A stretch of DNA of 64,000 nucleotides, from the NCBI RefSeq assembly GCF_009914755.1, contig NC_060948.1. One strand, given 5' to 3'. Below, in pieces: positions 1-14,600 of this stretch. Made by a program: the position numbers and the translations under genes. This DNA is from the human T2T-CHM13v2.0 reference genome, Homo sapiens. The notes beneath the pieces were generated by a model that was not told where the DNA came from, did no database searches, and was given only the letters and a program-made list of their open reading frames with translations. How positions within the stretch are numbered: position 1 is the first letter of the stretch; every line of letters starts with the position of its first letter.

Positions 1-3000
1 GTACGGAATGGAATCTAATGGAATGGAATTAAATGGAAATGAATCAAATTGAATAGCACGGAATTGAATTGAATGGAATGGAATGCAATGGAATCTAATG
101 AAACGGAAAGGAAAGGAATGGAATGGAATGGAATGGGCTGGAATGGAAAGGAATCGAAACGAATGGAATGGAATCGAACTGAAGAGACTGGAATGGAATG
201 CACTGGAATGGAAGGGAGTGTAATGGAAGGTTCTCGAAAAAAATGGAATGGAATGGAATGGAATTGAATGGAACGGAATAGAGTCGAATGGAATTGAATG
301 GAATGGAATGGACTAGAGTGAAATGGAATCGAACCACAAGGAATGGACAGGAATAGAATGGTCTCGAATTGAATGGAATCGTATGGAATGGCATCAAACG
401 GAATGGAATGGACAGCCACGGAATGGAATGCACTCGAATGCAATGGAGTCGAAACTAATGGACTGGAATAGAATGGACTCGACTGGTACGGACTCCAATG
501 GAATGGAATCGAATGGAAGGGAATCGAACGGAATGGACTCGAAGGGAAAAGACTGCAATGGAAAGGTCTCGAATGGAATGGAAATTAATGGAATGGAATG
601 GAATCGAATGAAATGGAGTCAAAAGGAATGGAATCGAATGGCAAGAAATCGAATGTAATGGAATCACAAGGAATTGATGTGAACGGAACGGAATGGAATG
701 GAATCCAAAGGAATGGAATAGAATGGAATGGAATCGAATGGAAAGGACTCGAATGGCAATCACTCGAATAGAATGCAATTTAATAAAATAGGATCAAATG
801 TAATGGAATGGAATGGAAAGGAATCGAAACGAAAGGAATGGAGACAGATGGAATGGAATGGAACAGAGAGCAATGGTATAGAATGGAATGGAATCATCTG
901 GAATGGAATTGAATGGAATGGAATAATATGAAATGGAATGGAATGGAATGGAATGGAATGCCCTTGAATTAAATGGACTGGAATGGAATGGACTCGAACA
1001 GAGTGGAATGGAAAGTGTTGAGATAGAATGGAATGGACTCCTTTGGAATGGTCTAGTATGCAATGCAATCGACTGGCAGGGAATCAAAAGGAATGTAATC
1101 GAATGGATTGGACTGGAATGCAATGGACTCGAATAGATTGGAAACGGAATGCAAAGGAATGGAATGGAATAGTATGGAATGGAATGGAAAGGAATGGAGT
1201 GGAATAGACTAGAGTGGAATGGAATGGACTGGAAAGCAATGGACTGGAATGGAACTTTCTTGAATGGACTGGAATCAAACGGAATGGAATGCAATGCAAT
1301 CAAATGGCATGGAATAAAATAGAATGAAAGAGAATCAAATGGAATTGAATCGAATGGAATCGAATGGATTGGAAAGGAATAGAATGGAATGGAATAGAAT
1401 GGACTCAAATGGAATGGACTAGAATGGAATGGATTCGAATGGAAGGCAAAGGAATGGAATCTATTGGAATGGACTGTAATTGAATGGAATGGAAGGGATT
1501 GGAATGGACTCGAATAGAATGGACTGCAATAGAAAGGATTCGAATGGAATGAAAAAGAATTGAATGGAATAGAACAGAATGGAATCAAATCGAATGAAAT
1601 GGAATGGAATAGAAAGGAATGGAATGAAATGGAATGGAAAGGATTCGAATGGAATGCAATCGAATGGAATGGAATCGAACGGAATGGAATAAAATGGAAG
1701 AAAACTGGCAAGAAATGGAATCGAAATGAATGGAGTGTTATGGAACGGACTCAAAAGGAATTGAATGTAATAGAATGGAGTGGAGTGGACTCGAATATAA
1801 TGGACTGGAATGGAATGAAATCACATGGAATGGGAACGAATGGAATGGAATGGAAAGGAATGGAATCGAATGGAAAGGAATCGAATGGAAGGGAATGAAA
1901 TTGAATCAACAGGAATGGAAGGGAATAGAATAGACGGTAATGGAATGGACTCGAATAGAATGGACACGAATGCTCAAATTGAATGGACTCGAATGGAATG
2001 GAAACGAAAGGAATGTCATCGAATGGAATTGAATCGATTGGAATGAAATCGCATAGAATGGAGTGGAATCAAATGGAATTGAATCGAAAGGAAAGGAAGC
2101 GAATGGACTGAAATGAAATGGAATGGAATTGAATGGAAAGTAATGCAATGGAATAGAATGGAACGAAATTTCACGGAATGGAATCAAACTGAATGGAATC
2201 AAATCAATGGAATCAAATCAAATGGAACGGAAAGGAATTGAATGGAGTAGATTGGATTGGATGGGATTGGAATGAAATGTACTGGAAAGGACTCGAATTT
2301 CATGAAACGGAATGGAATGAATTGGAACGGAATGGACTCGAATGGAATGGAATGTCATGGAATGGCATCAAATGGAATGGCATCAAATGGAATGGAATCG
2401 AATGCAATGGAATGCTATGGAATGGAATGGAATGCATTGGAATGGAATGTCCTCTAATGGAATGGATTCGAGTGGAATGGAATTGAATATAATGGAGTCG
2501 AATGAAATGGAATTGAAAGGAATGGGATCGAATACAATGGAATATACTGGAATGTAATGTAATGAACTCGAATGTAATTGACTGGAATGGAATGTACATG
2601 AATGGAAGGTAATCGAATGGAAAGTAATCCAATGGAATAGAATCTAATGCAATAAAACCGACTCAGATAGAGTAGAATGTAATGGAATGGAGTGCAGTGC
2701 AATGGAATGGAATGGAATTGAATGCAATGGAATGGAATGGAATGTAATGGAATGGAATGGAATGGAATGGAATGGAATGGAATGGGATGGAATGGTATGG
2801 AATGGATAGTAATGGACTGGAGTGAAATGGACTGGAAAGGAATGGACTCAAATTGAAAGGGCTCGAAAGGAATGGAGTCAAATGGAATGGTCTGGAATGG
2901 AATGAACACGAATGTAATGCAATCCAATAGAATGGAATCGAATGGCATGGAATATAAAGAAATGGATTCGAAGAGAATGGAAACAAATGGAATGGAATTG

Positions 3001-3579
3001 AATGGAATGGAATTGAATGGAATGGGAACGAATGGAGTGAAATTGTATGCAGTAGAAGGGAATAGAAAGGAATGCAAGCGAAAGGAAAGGAATGGATTGG
3101 AATGGAATGGAATTCATTGGAATGGAAGGGAATGTAGTGTAATGGACAGGCCTGGAATAAAGTGGAATGCTACGGTCTCGAATGGAATAAAAATGTATGG
3201 AATGGAATGCAATGAAATGGAATCGAATGTCATAGAATGTAATGGAATGCAACAAAATGGAATCCAATATCATTGACTGGAAAGGCTGGGTGTCGAAAGG
3301 AATTGACTCCAATGGAATGGAATCGAATGGAATGGAAGTGAATAGAATCGAACTAAATCGAATGGAATGGAATTGATAGGAACGGAATGGAAAGGAATGC
3401 AATGATTTGGCATGGAATGGAATCGAATGGCATCGAATGGAATGGAATGGAATGCAATGGAATGGAATGTATTAGAATGGAATGAACTTTAATGGAATGT
3501 ACTCGAATGGATTCGACTGGAATGGAATGTTCTGGAAGTGAATGGACTCCAATGGAATGGATTCAAAAGGAATGGAATC

Positions 3580-5640
3580 GTACGGAATGGAATCTAATGG
3601 AATGGAATTAAATGGAAATGAATCAAATTGAATAGCACGGAATTGAATTGAATGGAATGGAATGCAATGGAATCTAATGAAACGGAAAGGAAAGGAATGG
3701 AATGGAATGGAATGGGCTGGAATGGAAAGGAATCGAAACGAATGGAATGGAATCGAACTGAAGAGACTGGAATGGAATGCACTGGAATGGAAGGGAGTGT
3801 AATGGAAGGTTCTCGAAAAAAATGGAATCGAATGGAATGGAATTGAATGGAACGGAATAGAGTCGAATGGAATTGAATGGAATGGAATGGACTAGAGTGA
3901 AATGGAATCGAACCACAAGGAATGGAGAGGAATAGAATGGTCTCGAATTGAATGGAATCGTATGGAATGGCATCAAACGGAATGGAATGGACAGCCACGG
4001 AATGGAATGCACTCGAATGCAATGGAGTCGAAACTAATGGACTGGAATAGAATGGACTCGACTGGTACGGACTCCAATGGAATGGAATCGAATGGAAGGG
4101 AATCGAACGGAATGGACTCGAAGGGAAAAGACTGCAATGGAAAGGTCTCGAATGGAATGGAAATTAATGGAATGGAATGGAATCGAATGAAATGGAGTCA
4201 AAAGGAATGGAATCGAATGGCAAGAAATCGAATGTAATGGAATCGCAAGGAATTGATGTGAACGGAACGGAATGGAATGGAATCCAAAGGAATGGAATAG
4301 AATGGAATGGAATCGAATGGAAAGGACTAGAATGGAAATCACTCGAATAGAATGCAATTTAATAAAATAGGATCAAATGTAATGGAATGGAATGGAAAGG
4401 AATCGAAACGAAAGGAATGGAGACAGATGGAATGGAATGGAACAGAGAGCAATGGTATAGAATGGAATGGAATCATCTGGAATGGAATTGAATGGAATGG
4501 AATAATATGAAATGGAATGGAATAGAATGGAATGGAATGCCCTTGAATTAAATGGACTGGAATGGAATGGACTCGAACAGAGTGGAATGGAAAGTGTTGA
4601 GATAGAATGGAATGGACTCCTTTGGAATGGTCTAGTATGCAATGCAATCGACTGGCAGGGAATCAAAAGGAATGTAATTGAATGGATTGGACTGGAATGC
4701 AATGGACAGGAATAGATTGGAAACGGAATGCAAAGGAATGGAATGGAATAGTATGGAATGGAATGGAAAGGAATGGAGTGGAATAGACTAGAGTGGAATG
4801 CAATGGACTGGAAAGCAATGGACTGGAATGGAACTTTCTTGAATGGACTGGAATCAAACGGAATGGAATGCAATGCAATCAAATGGCATGGAATAAAATA
4901 GAATGAAAGAGAATCAAATGGAATTGAATCGAATGGAATCGAATGGATTGGAAAGGAATAGAATGGAATGGAATGGAATTCACTCAAATGGAATGGACTA
5001 GAATGGAATGGATTCGAATGGAAGGCAAAGGAATGGAATCTATTGGAATGGACTGTAATGGAATGGAATGGAATTGAATGGAATGGGAACGAATGGAGTG
5101 AAATTGTATGCAGTAGAAGGGAATAGAATGGAATGCAAGCAAAAGGAAAGGAATGGATTGGAATGGAATGGAATTCATTGGAATGGAAGGGAATGTAGTG
5201 TAATGGACAGGCCTGGAATAAAGTGGAATGCTACGGTCTCGAATGGAATAAAAATGTATGGAATGGAATGCAATGAAATGGAATCGAATGTCATAGAATG
5301 TAATGGAATGCAACAAAATGGAATCCAATATCATTGACTGGAAAGGCTGGGTGTCGAAAGGAATTGACTCCAATGGAATGGAATCGAATGGAATGGAAGT
5401 GAATAGAATCGAACTAAATCGAATGGAATGGAATTGATAGGAACGGAATGGAAAGGAATGCAATGATTTGGCATGGAATGGAATCGAATGGCATCGAATG
5501 GAATGGAATGGAATGCAATGGAATGGAATGTATTAGAATGTAATGAACTTTAATGGAATGTACTCGAATGGATTCGACTGGAATGGAATGTTCTGGAAGT
5601 GAATGGACTCCAATGGAATGGATTCAAAAGGAATGGAATC
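3580..5640 (+). repeat. Internally deleted DYZ1 unit (2061 bp, ~1518 bp missing)
   Basis: Follows unit 1 at offset 3579 up to 5073, then follows unit 1 at offset 2061 (5081 corresponds to 3020). Confidence 0.93.
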
Positions 5641-8600
5641 GTACGGAATGGAATCTAATGGAATGGAATTAAATGGAAATGAATCAAATTGAATAGCACG
5701 GAATTGAATTGAATGGAATGGAATGCAATGGAATCTAATGAAACGGAAAGGAAAGGAATGGAATGGAATGGAATGGGCTGGAATGGAAAGGAATCGAAAC
5801 GAATGGAATGGAATCGAACTGAAGAGACTGGAATGGAATGCACTGGAATGGAAGGGAGTGTAATGGAAGGTTCTCGAAAAAAATGGAATGGAATGGAATG
5901 GAATTGAATGGAACGGAATAGAGTCGAATGGAATTGAATGGAATGGAATGGACTAGAGTGAAATGGAATCGAACCACAAGGAATGGACAGGAATAGAATG
6001 GTCTCGAATTGAATGGAATCGTATGGAATGGCATCAAACGGAATGGAATGGACAGCCACGGAATGGAATGCACTCGAATGCAATGGAGTCGAAACTAATG
6101 GACTGGAATAGAATGGACTCGACTGGTACGGACTCCAATGGAATGGAATCGAATGGAAGGGAATCGAACGGAATGGACTCGAAGGGAAAAGACTGCAATG
6201 GAAAGGTCTCGAATGGAATGGAAATTAATGGAATGGAATGGAATCGAATGAAATGGAGTCAAAAGGAATGGAATCGAATGGCAAGAAATCGAATGTAATG
6301 GAATCGCAAGGAATTGATGTGAACGGAACGGAATGGAATGGAATCCAAAGGAATGGAATAGAATGGAATGGAATCGAATGGAAAGGACTCGAATGGCAAT
6401 CACTCGAATAGAATGCAATTTAATAAAATAGGATCAAATGTAATGGAATGGAATGGAAAGGAATCGAAACGAAAGGAATGGAGACAGATGGAATGGAATG
6501 GAACAGAGAGCAATGGTATAGAATGGAATGGAATCATCTGGAATGGAATTGAATGGAATGGAATAATATGAAATGGAATGGAATGGAATGGAATGGAATG
6601 GAATGGAATGCCCTTGAATTAAATGGACTGGAATGGAATGGACTCGAACAGAGTGGAATGGAAAGTGTTGAGATAGAATGGAATGGACTCCTTTGGAATG
6701 GTCTAGTATGCAATGCAATCGACTGGCAGGGAATCAAAAGGAATGTAATCGAATGGATTGGACTGGAATGCAATGGACTCGAATAGATTGGAAACGGAAT
6801 GCAAAGGAATGGAATGGAATAGTATGGAATGGAATGGAAAGGAATGGAGTGGAATAGACTAGAGTGGAATGGAATGGACTGGAAAGCAATGGACTGGAAT
6901 GGAACTTTCTTGAATGGACTGGAATCAAACGGAATGGAATGCAATGCAATCAAATGGCATGGAATAAAATAGAATGAAAGAGAATCAAATGGAATTGAAT
7001 CGAATGGAATCGAATGGATTGGAAAGGAATAGAATGGAATGGAATGGAATGGACTCAAATGGAATGGACTAGAATGGAATGGATTCGAATGGAAGGCAAA
7101 GGAATGGAATCTATTGGAATGGACTGTAATTGAATGGATTGGAAGGGATTGGAATGGACTCGAATAGAATGGACTGCAATAGAAAGGATTCGAATGGAAT
7201 GAAAAAGAATTGAATGGAATAGAACAGAATGGAATCAAATCGAATGAAATGGAATGGAATAGAAAGGAATGGAATGAAATGGAATGGAAAGGATTCGAAT
7301 GGAATGCAATCGAATGGAATGGAATCGAACGGAATGGAATAAAATGGAAGAAAACTGGCAAGAAATGGAATCGAAATGAATGGAGTGTTATGGAACGGAC
7401 TCAAAAGGAATTGAATGTAATAGAATGGAGTGGAGTGGACTCGAATATAATGGACTGGAATGGAATGAAATCACATGGAATGGGAACGAATGGAATGGAA
7501 TGGAAAGGAATGGAATCGAATGGAAAGGAATCGAATGGAAGGGAATGAAATTGAATCAACAGGAATGGAAGGGAATAGAATAGACGGTAATGGAATGGAC
7601 TCGAATAGAATGGACACGAATGCTCAAATTGAATGGACTCGAATGGAATGGAAACGAAAGGAATGTCATCGAATGGAATTGAATCGATTGGAATGAAATC
7701 GCATAGAATGGAGTGGAATCAAATGGAATTGAATCGAAAGGAAAGGAAGCGAATGGACTGAAATGAAATGGAATGGAATTGAATGGAAAGTAATGCAATG
7801 GAATAGAATGGAACGAAATTTCACGGAATGGAATCAAACTGAATGGAATCAAATCAATGGAATCTAATCAAATGGAATGGAAAGGAATTGAATGGAGTAG
7901 ATTGGATTGGATGGGATTGGAATGAAATGTACTGGAAAGGACTCGAATTTCATGAAACGGAATGGAATGAATTGGAACGGAATGGACTCGAATGGAATGG
8001 AATGTCATGGAATGGCATCAAATGGAATGGCATCAAATGGAATGGAATCGAATGCAATGGAATGCTATGGAATGGAATGGAATGCATTGGAATGGAATGT
8101 CCTCTAATGGAATGGATTCGAGTGGAATGGAATCGAATATAATGGAGTCGAATGAAATGGAATTGAAAGGAATGGGATCGAATACAATGGAATATACTGG
8201 AATGTAATGTAATGAACTCGAATGTAATTGACTGGAATGGAATGTACATGAATGGAAGGTAATCGAATGGAAAGTAATCCAATGGAATAGAATCTAATGC
8301 AATAAAACCGACTCAGATAGAGTAGAATGTAATGGAATGGAGTGCAGTGCAATGGAATGGAATGGAATTGAATGCAATGGAATGGAATGGAATGTAATGG
8401 AATGGAATGGAATGGAATGGAATGGAATGGAATGGGATGGAATGGTATGGAATGGATAGAAATGGACTGGAGTGAAATGGACTGGAAAGGAATGGACTCA
8501 AATTGAAAGGGCTCGAAAGGAATGGAGTCAAATGGAATGGTCTGGAATGGAATGAACACGAATGTAATGCAATCCAATAGAATGGAATCGAATGGCATGG

Positions 8601-11600
8601 AATATAAAGAAATGGATTCGAAGAGAATGGAAACAAATGGAATGGAATTGAATGGAATGGAATTGAATGGAATGGGAACGAATGGAGTGAAATTGTATGC
8701 AGTAGAAGGGAATAGAAAGGAATGCAAGCGAAAGGAAAGGAATGGATTGGAATGGAATGGAATTCATTGGAATGGAAGGGAATGTAGTGTAATGGACAGG
8801 CCTGGAATAAAGTGGAATGCTACGGTCTCGAATGGAATAAAAATGTATGGAATGGAATGCAATGAAATGGAATCGAATGTCATAGAATGTAATGGAATGC
8901 AACAAAATGGAATCCAATATCATTGACTGGAAAGGCTGGGTGTCGAAAGGAATTGACTCCAATGGAATGGAATCGAATGGAATGGAAGTGAATAGAATCG
9001 AACTAAATCGAATGGAATGGAATTGATAGGAACGGAATGGAAAGGAATGCAATGATTTGGCATGGAATGGAATCGAATGGCATCGAATGGAATGGAATGG
9101 AATGCAATGGAATGGAATGAACTTTAATGGAATGTACTCGAATGGATTCGACTGGAATGGAATGTTCTGGAAGTGAATGGACTCCAATGGAATGGATTCA
9201 AAAGGAATGGAATCGTACGGAATGGAATCTAATGGAATGGAATTAAATGGAAATGAATCAAATTGAATAGCACGGAATTGAATTGAATGGAATGGAATGC
9301 AATGGAATCTAATGAAACGGAAAGGAAAGGAATGGAATGGAATGGAATGGGCTGGAATGGAAAGGAATCGAAACGAATGGAATGGAATCGAACTGAAGAG
9401 ACTGGAATGGAATGCACTGGAATGGAAGGGAGTGTAATGGAAGGTTCTCGAAAAAAATGGAATCGAATGGAATGGAATTGAATGGAACGGAATAGAGTCG
9501 AATGGAATTGAATGGAATGGAATGGACTAGAGTGAAATGGAATCGAACCACAAGGAATGGAGAGGAATAGAATGGTCTCGAATTGAATGGAATCGTATGG
9601 AATGGCATCAAACGGAATGGAATGGACAGCCACGGAATGGAATGCACTCGAATGCAATGGAGTCGAAACTAATGGACTGGAATAGAATGGACTCGACTGG
9701 TACGGACTCCAATGGAATGGAATCGAATGGAAGGGAATCGAACGGAATGGACTCGAAGGGAAAAGACTGCAATGGAAAGGTCTCGAATGGAATGGAAATT
9801 AATGGAATGGAATGGAATCGAATGAAATGGAGTCAAAAGGAATGGAATCGAATGGCAAGAAATCGAATGTAATGGAATCGCAAGGAATTGATGTGAACGG
9901 AACGGAATGGAATGGAATCCAAAGGAATGGAATAGAATGGAATGGAATCGAATGGAAAGGACTCGAATGGAAATCACTCGAATAGAATGCAATTTAATAA
10001 AATAGGATCAAATGTAATGGAATGGAATGGAAAGGAATCGAAACGAAAGGAATGGAGACAGATGGAATGGAATAGAACAGAGAGCAATGGTATAGAATGG
10101 AATGGAATCATCTGGAATGGAATTGAATGGAATGGAATAATATGAAATGGAATGGAATGGAATGGAATGGAATGCCCTTGAATTAAATGGACTGGAATGG
10201 AATGGACTCGAACAGAGTGGAATGGAAAGTGTTGAGATAGAATGGAATGGACTCCTTTGGAATGGTCTAGTATGCAATGCAATCGACTGGCAGGGAATCA
10301 AAAGGAATGTAATCGAATGGATTGGACTGGAATGCAATGGACTCGAATAGATTGCAAACGGGATGCAAAGGAATGGAATGGAATAGTATGGAATGGAATG
10401 GAAAGGAATGGAGTGGAATAGACTAGAGTGGAATGGAATGGACTGGAAAGCAATGGACTGGAATGGAACTTTCTTGAATGGACTGGAATCAAACGGAATG
10501 GAATGCAATGCAATCAAATGGCATGGAATAAAATAGAATGAAAGAGAATCAAATGGAATTGAATCGAATGGAATCGAATGGATTGGAAAGGAATAGAATG
10601 GAATGGAATGGAATGTACTCAAATGGAATGGACTAGAATGGAATGGATTCGAATGGAAGGCAAAGGAATGGAATCTATTGGAATGGACTGTAATGGAATG
10701 GAATGGAAGGGATTGGAATGGACTCGAATGGAATGGACTGCAATAGAAAGGATTCGAATGGAATGAAAAAGAATTGAATGGAATAGAACAGAATGGAATC
10801 AAATCGAATGAAATGGAATGGAATAGAAAGGAATGGAATGAAATGGAATGGAAAGGATTCGAATGGAATGCAATCGAATGGAATGGAATCGAACGGAATG
10901 GAATAAAATGGAAGAAAACTGGCAAGAAATGGAATCGAAATGAATGGAGTGTTATGGAACGGACTCAAAAGGAATTGAATGTAATAGAATGGAGTGGAGT
11001 GGACTCGAATATAATGGACTGGAATGGAATGAAATCACATGGAATGGGAACGAATGGAATGGAATGGAAAGGAATGGAATCGAATGGAAAGGAATCGAAT
11101 GGAAGGGAATGAAATTGAATCAACAGGAATGGAAGGGAATAGAATAGACGGTAATGGAATGGACTCGAATAGAATGGACACGAATGCTCAAATTGAATGG
11201 ACTCGAATGGAATGGAAACGAAAGGAATGTCATCGAATGGAATTGAATCGATTGGAATGAAATCGCATAGAATGGAGTGGAATCAAATGGAATTGAATCG
11301 AAAGGAAAGGAAGCGAATGGACTGAAATGAAATGGAATGGAATTGAATGGAAAGTAATGCAATGGAATAGAATGGAACGAAATTTCACGGAATGGAATCA
11401 AACTGAATGGAATCAAATCAATGGAATCTAATCAAATGGAATGGAAAGGAATTGAATGGAGTAGATTGGATTGGATGGGATTGGAATGAAATGTACTGGA
11501 AAGGACTCGAATTTCATGAAACGGAATGGAATGAATTGGAACGGAATGGACTCGAATGGAATGGAATGTCATGGAATGGCATCAAATGGAATGGCATCAA

Positions 11601-14600
11601 ATGGAATGGAATCGAATGCAATGGAATGCTATGGAATGGAATGGAATGCATTGGAATGGAATGTCCTCTAATGGAATGGATTCGAGTGGAATGGAATCGA
11701 ATATAATGGAGTCGAATGAAATGGAATTGAAAGGAATGGGATCGAATACAATGGAATATACTGGAATGTAATGTAATGAACTCGAATGTAATTGACTGGA
11801 ATGGAATGTACATGAATGGAAGGTAATCGAATGGAAAGTAATCCAATGGAATAGAATCTAATGCAATAAAACCGACTCAGATAGAGTAGAATGTAATGGA
11901 ATGGAGTGCAGTGCAATGGAATGGAATGGAATTGAATGCAATGGAATGGAATGGAATGGAATGGAATGGAATGGAATGGAATGGAATGGAATGGAATGGG
12001 ATGGAATGGTATGGAATGGATAGAAATGGACTGGAGTGAAATGGACTGGAAAGGAATGGACTCAAATTGAAAGGGCTCGAAAGGAATGGAGTCAAATGGA
12101 ATGGTCTGGAATGGAATGAACACGAATGTAATGCAATCCAATAGAATGGAATCGAATGGCATGGAATATAAAGAAATGGATTCGAAGAGAATGGAAACAA
12201 ATGGAATGGAATTGAATGGAATGGAATTGAATGGAATGGGAACGAATGGAGTGAAATTGTATGCAGTAGAAGGGAATAGAAAGGAATGCAAGCGAAAGGA
12301 AAGGAATGGATTGGAATGGAATGGAATTCATTGGAATGGAAGGGAATGTAGTGTAATGGACAGGCCTGGAATAAAGTGGAATGCTACGGTCTCGAATGGA
12401 ATAAAAATGTATGGAATGGAATGCAATGAAATGGAATCGAATGTCATAGAATGTAATGGAATGCAACAAAATGGAATCCAATATCATTGACTGGAAAGGC
12501 TGGGTGTCGAAAGGAATTGACTCCAATGGAATGGAATCGAATGGAATGGAAGTGAATAGAATCGAACTAAATCGAATGGAATGGAATTGATAGGAACGGA
12601 ATGGAAAGGAATGCAATGATTTGGCATGGAATGGAATCGAATGGCATCGAATGGAATGGAATGGAATGCAATGGAATGGAATGAACTTTAATGGAATGTA
12701 CTCGAATGGATTCGACTGGAATGGAATGTTCTGGAAGTGAATGGACTCCAATGGAATGGATTCAAAAGGAATGGAATCGTACGGAATGGAATCTAATGGA
12801 ATGGAATTAAATGGAAATGAATCAAATTGAATAGCACGGAATTGAATTGAATGGAATGGAATGCAATGGAATCTAATGAAACGGAAAGGAAAGGAATGGA
12901 ATGGAATGGAATGGGCTGGAATGGAAAGGAATCGAAACGAATGGAATGGAATCGAACTGAAGAGACTGGAATGGAATGCACTGGAATGGAAGGGAGTGTA
13001 ATGGAAGGTTCTCGAAAAAAATGGAATCGAATGGAATGGAATTGAATGGAACGGAATAGAGTCGAATGGAATTGAATGGAATGGAATGGACTAGAGTGAA
13101 ATGGAATCGAACCACAAGGAATGGAGAGGAATAGAATGGTCTCGAATTGAATGGAATCGTATGGAATGGCATCAAACGGAATGGAATGGACAGCCACGGA
13201 ATGGAATGCACTCGAATGCAATGGAGTCGAAACTAATGGACTGGAATAGAATGGACTCGACTGGTACGGACTCCAATGGAATGGAATCGAATGGAAGGGA
13301 ATCGAACGGAATGGACTCGAAGGGAAAAGACTGCAATGGAAAGGTCTCGAATGGAATGGAAATTAATGGAATGGAATGGAATCGAATGAAATGGAGTCAA
13401 AAGGAATGGAATCGAATGGCAAGAAATCGAATGTAATGGAATCGCAAGGAATTGATGTGAACGGAACGGAATGGAATGGAATCCAAAGGAATGGAATAGA
13501 ATGGAATGGAATCGAATGGAAAGGACTCGAATGGAAATCACTCGAATAGAATGCAATTTAATAAAATAGGATCAAATGTAATGGAATGGAATGGAAAGGA
13601 ATCGAAACGAAAGGAATGGAGACAGATGGAATGGAATAGAACAGAGAGCAATGGTATAGAATGGAATGGAATCATCTGGAATGGAATTGAATGGAATGGA
13701 ATAATATGAAATGGAATGGAATGGAATGGAATGGAATGCCCTTGAATTAAATGGACTGGAATGGAATGGACTCGAACAGAGTGGAATGGAAAGTGTTGAG
13801 ATAGAATGGAATGGACTCCTTTGGAATGGTCTAGTATGCAATGCAATCGACTGGCAGGGAATCAAAAGGAATGTAATCGAATGGATTGGACTGGAATGCA
13901 ATGGACTCGAATAGATTGCAAACGGGATGCAAAGGAATGGAATGGAATAGTATGGAATGGAATGGAAAGGAATGGAGTGGAATAGACTAGAGTGGAATGG
14001 AATGGACTGGAAAGCAATGGACTGGAATGGAACTTTCTTGAATGGACTGGAATCAAACGGAATGGAATGCAATGCAATCAAATGGCATGGAATAAAATAG
14101 AATGAAAGAGAATCAAATGGAATTGAATCGAATGGAATCGAATGGATTGGAAAGGAATAGAATGGAATGGAATGGAATGTACTCAAATGGAATGGACTAG
14201 AATGGAATGGATTCGAATGGAAGGCAAAGGAATGGAATCTATTGGAATGGACTGTAATGGAATGGAATGGAAGGGATTGGAATGGACTCGAATGGAATGG
14301 ACTGCAATAGAAAGGATTCGAATGGAATGAAAAAGAATTGAATGGAATAGAACAGAATGGAATCAAATCGAATGAAATGGAATGGAATAGAAAGGAATGG
14401 AATGAAATGGAATGGAAAGGATTCGAATGGAATGCAATCGAATGGAATGGAATCGAACGGAATGGAATAAAATGGAAGAAAACTGGCAAGAAATGGAATC
14501 GAAATGAATGGAGTGTTATGGAACGGACTCAAAAGGAATTGAATGTAATAGAATGGAGTGGAGTGGACTCGAATATAATGGACTGGAATGGAATGAAATC

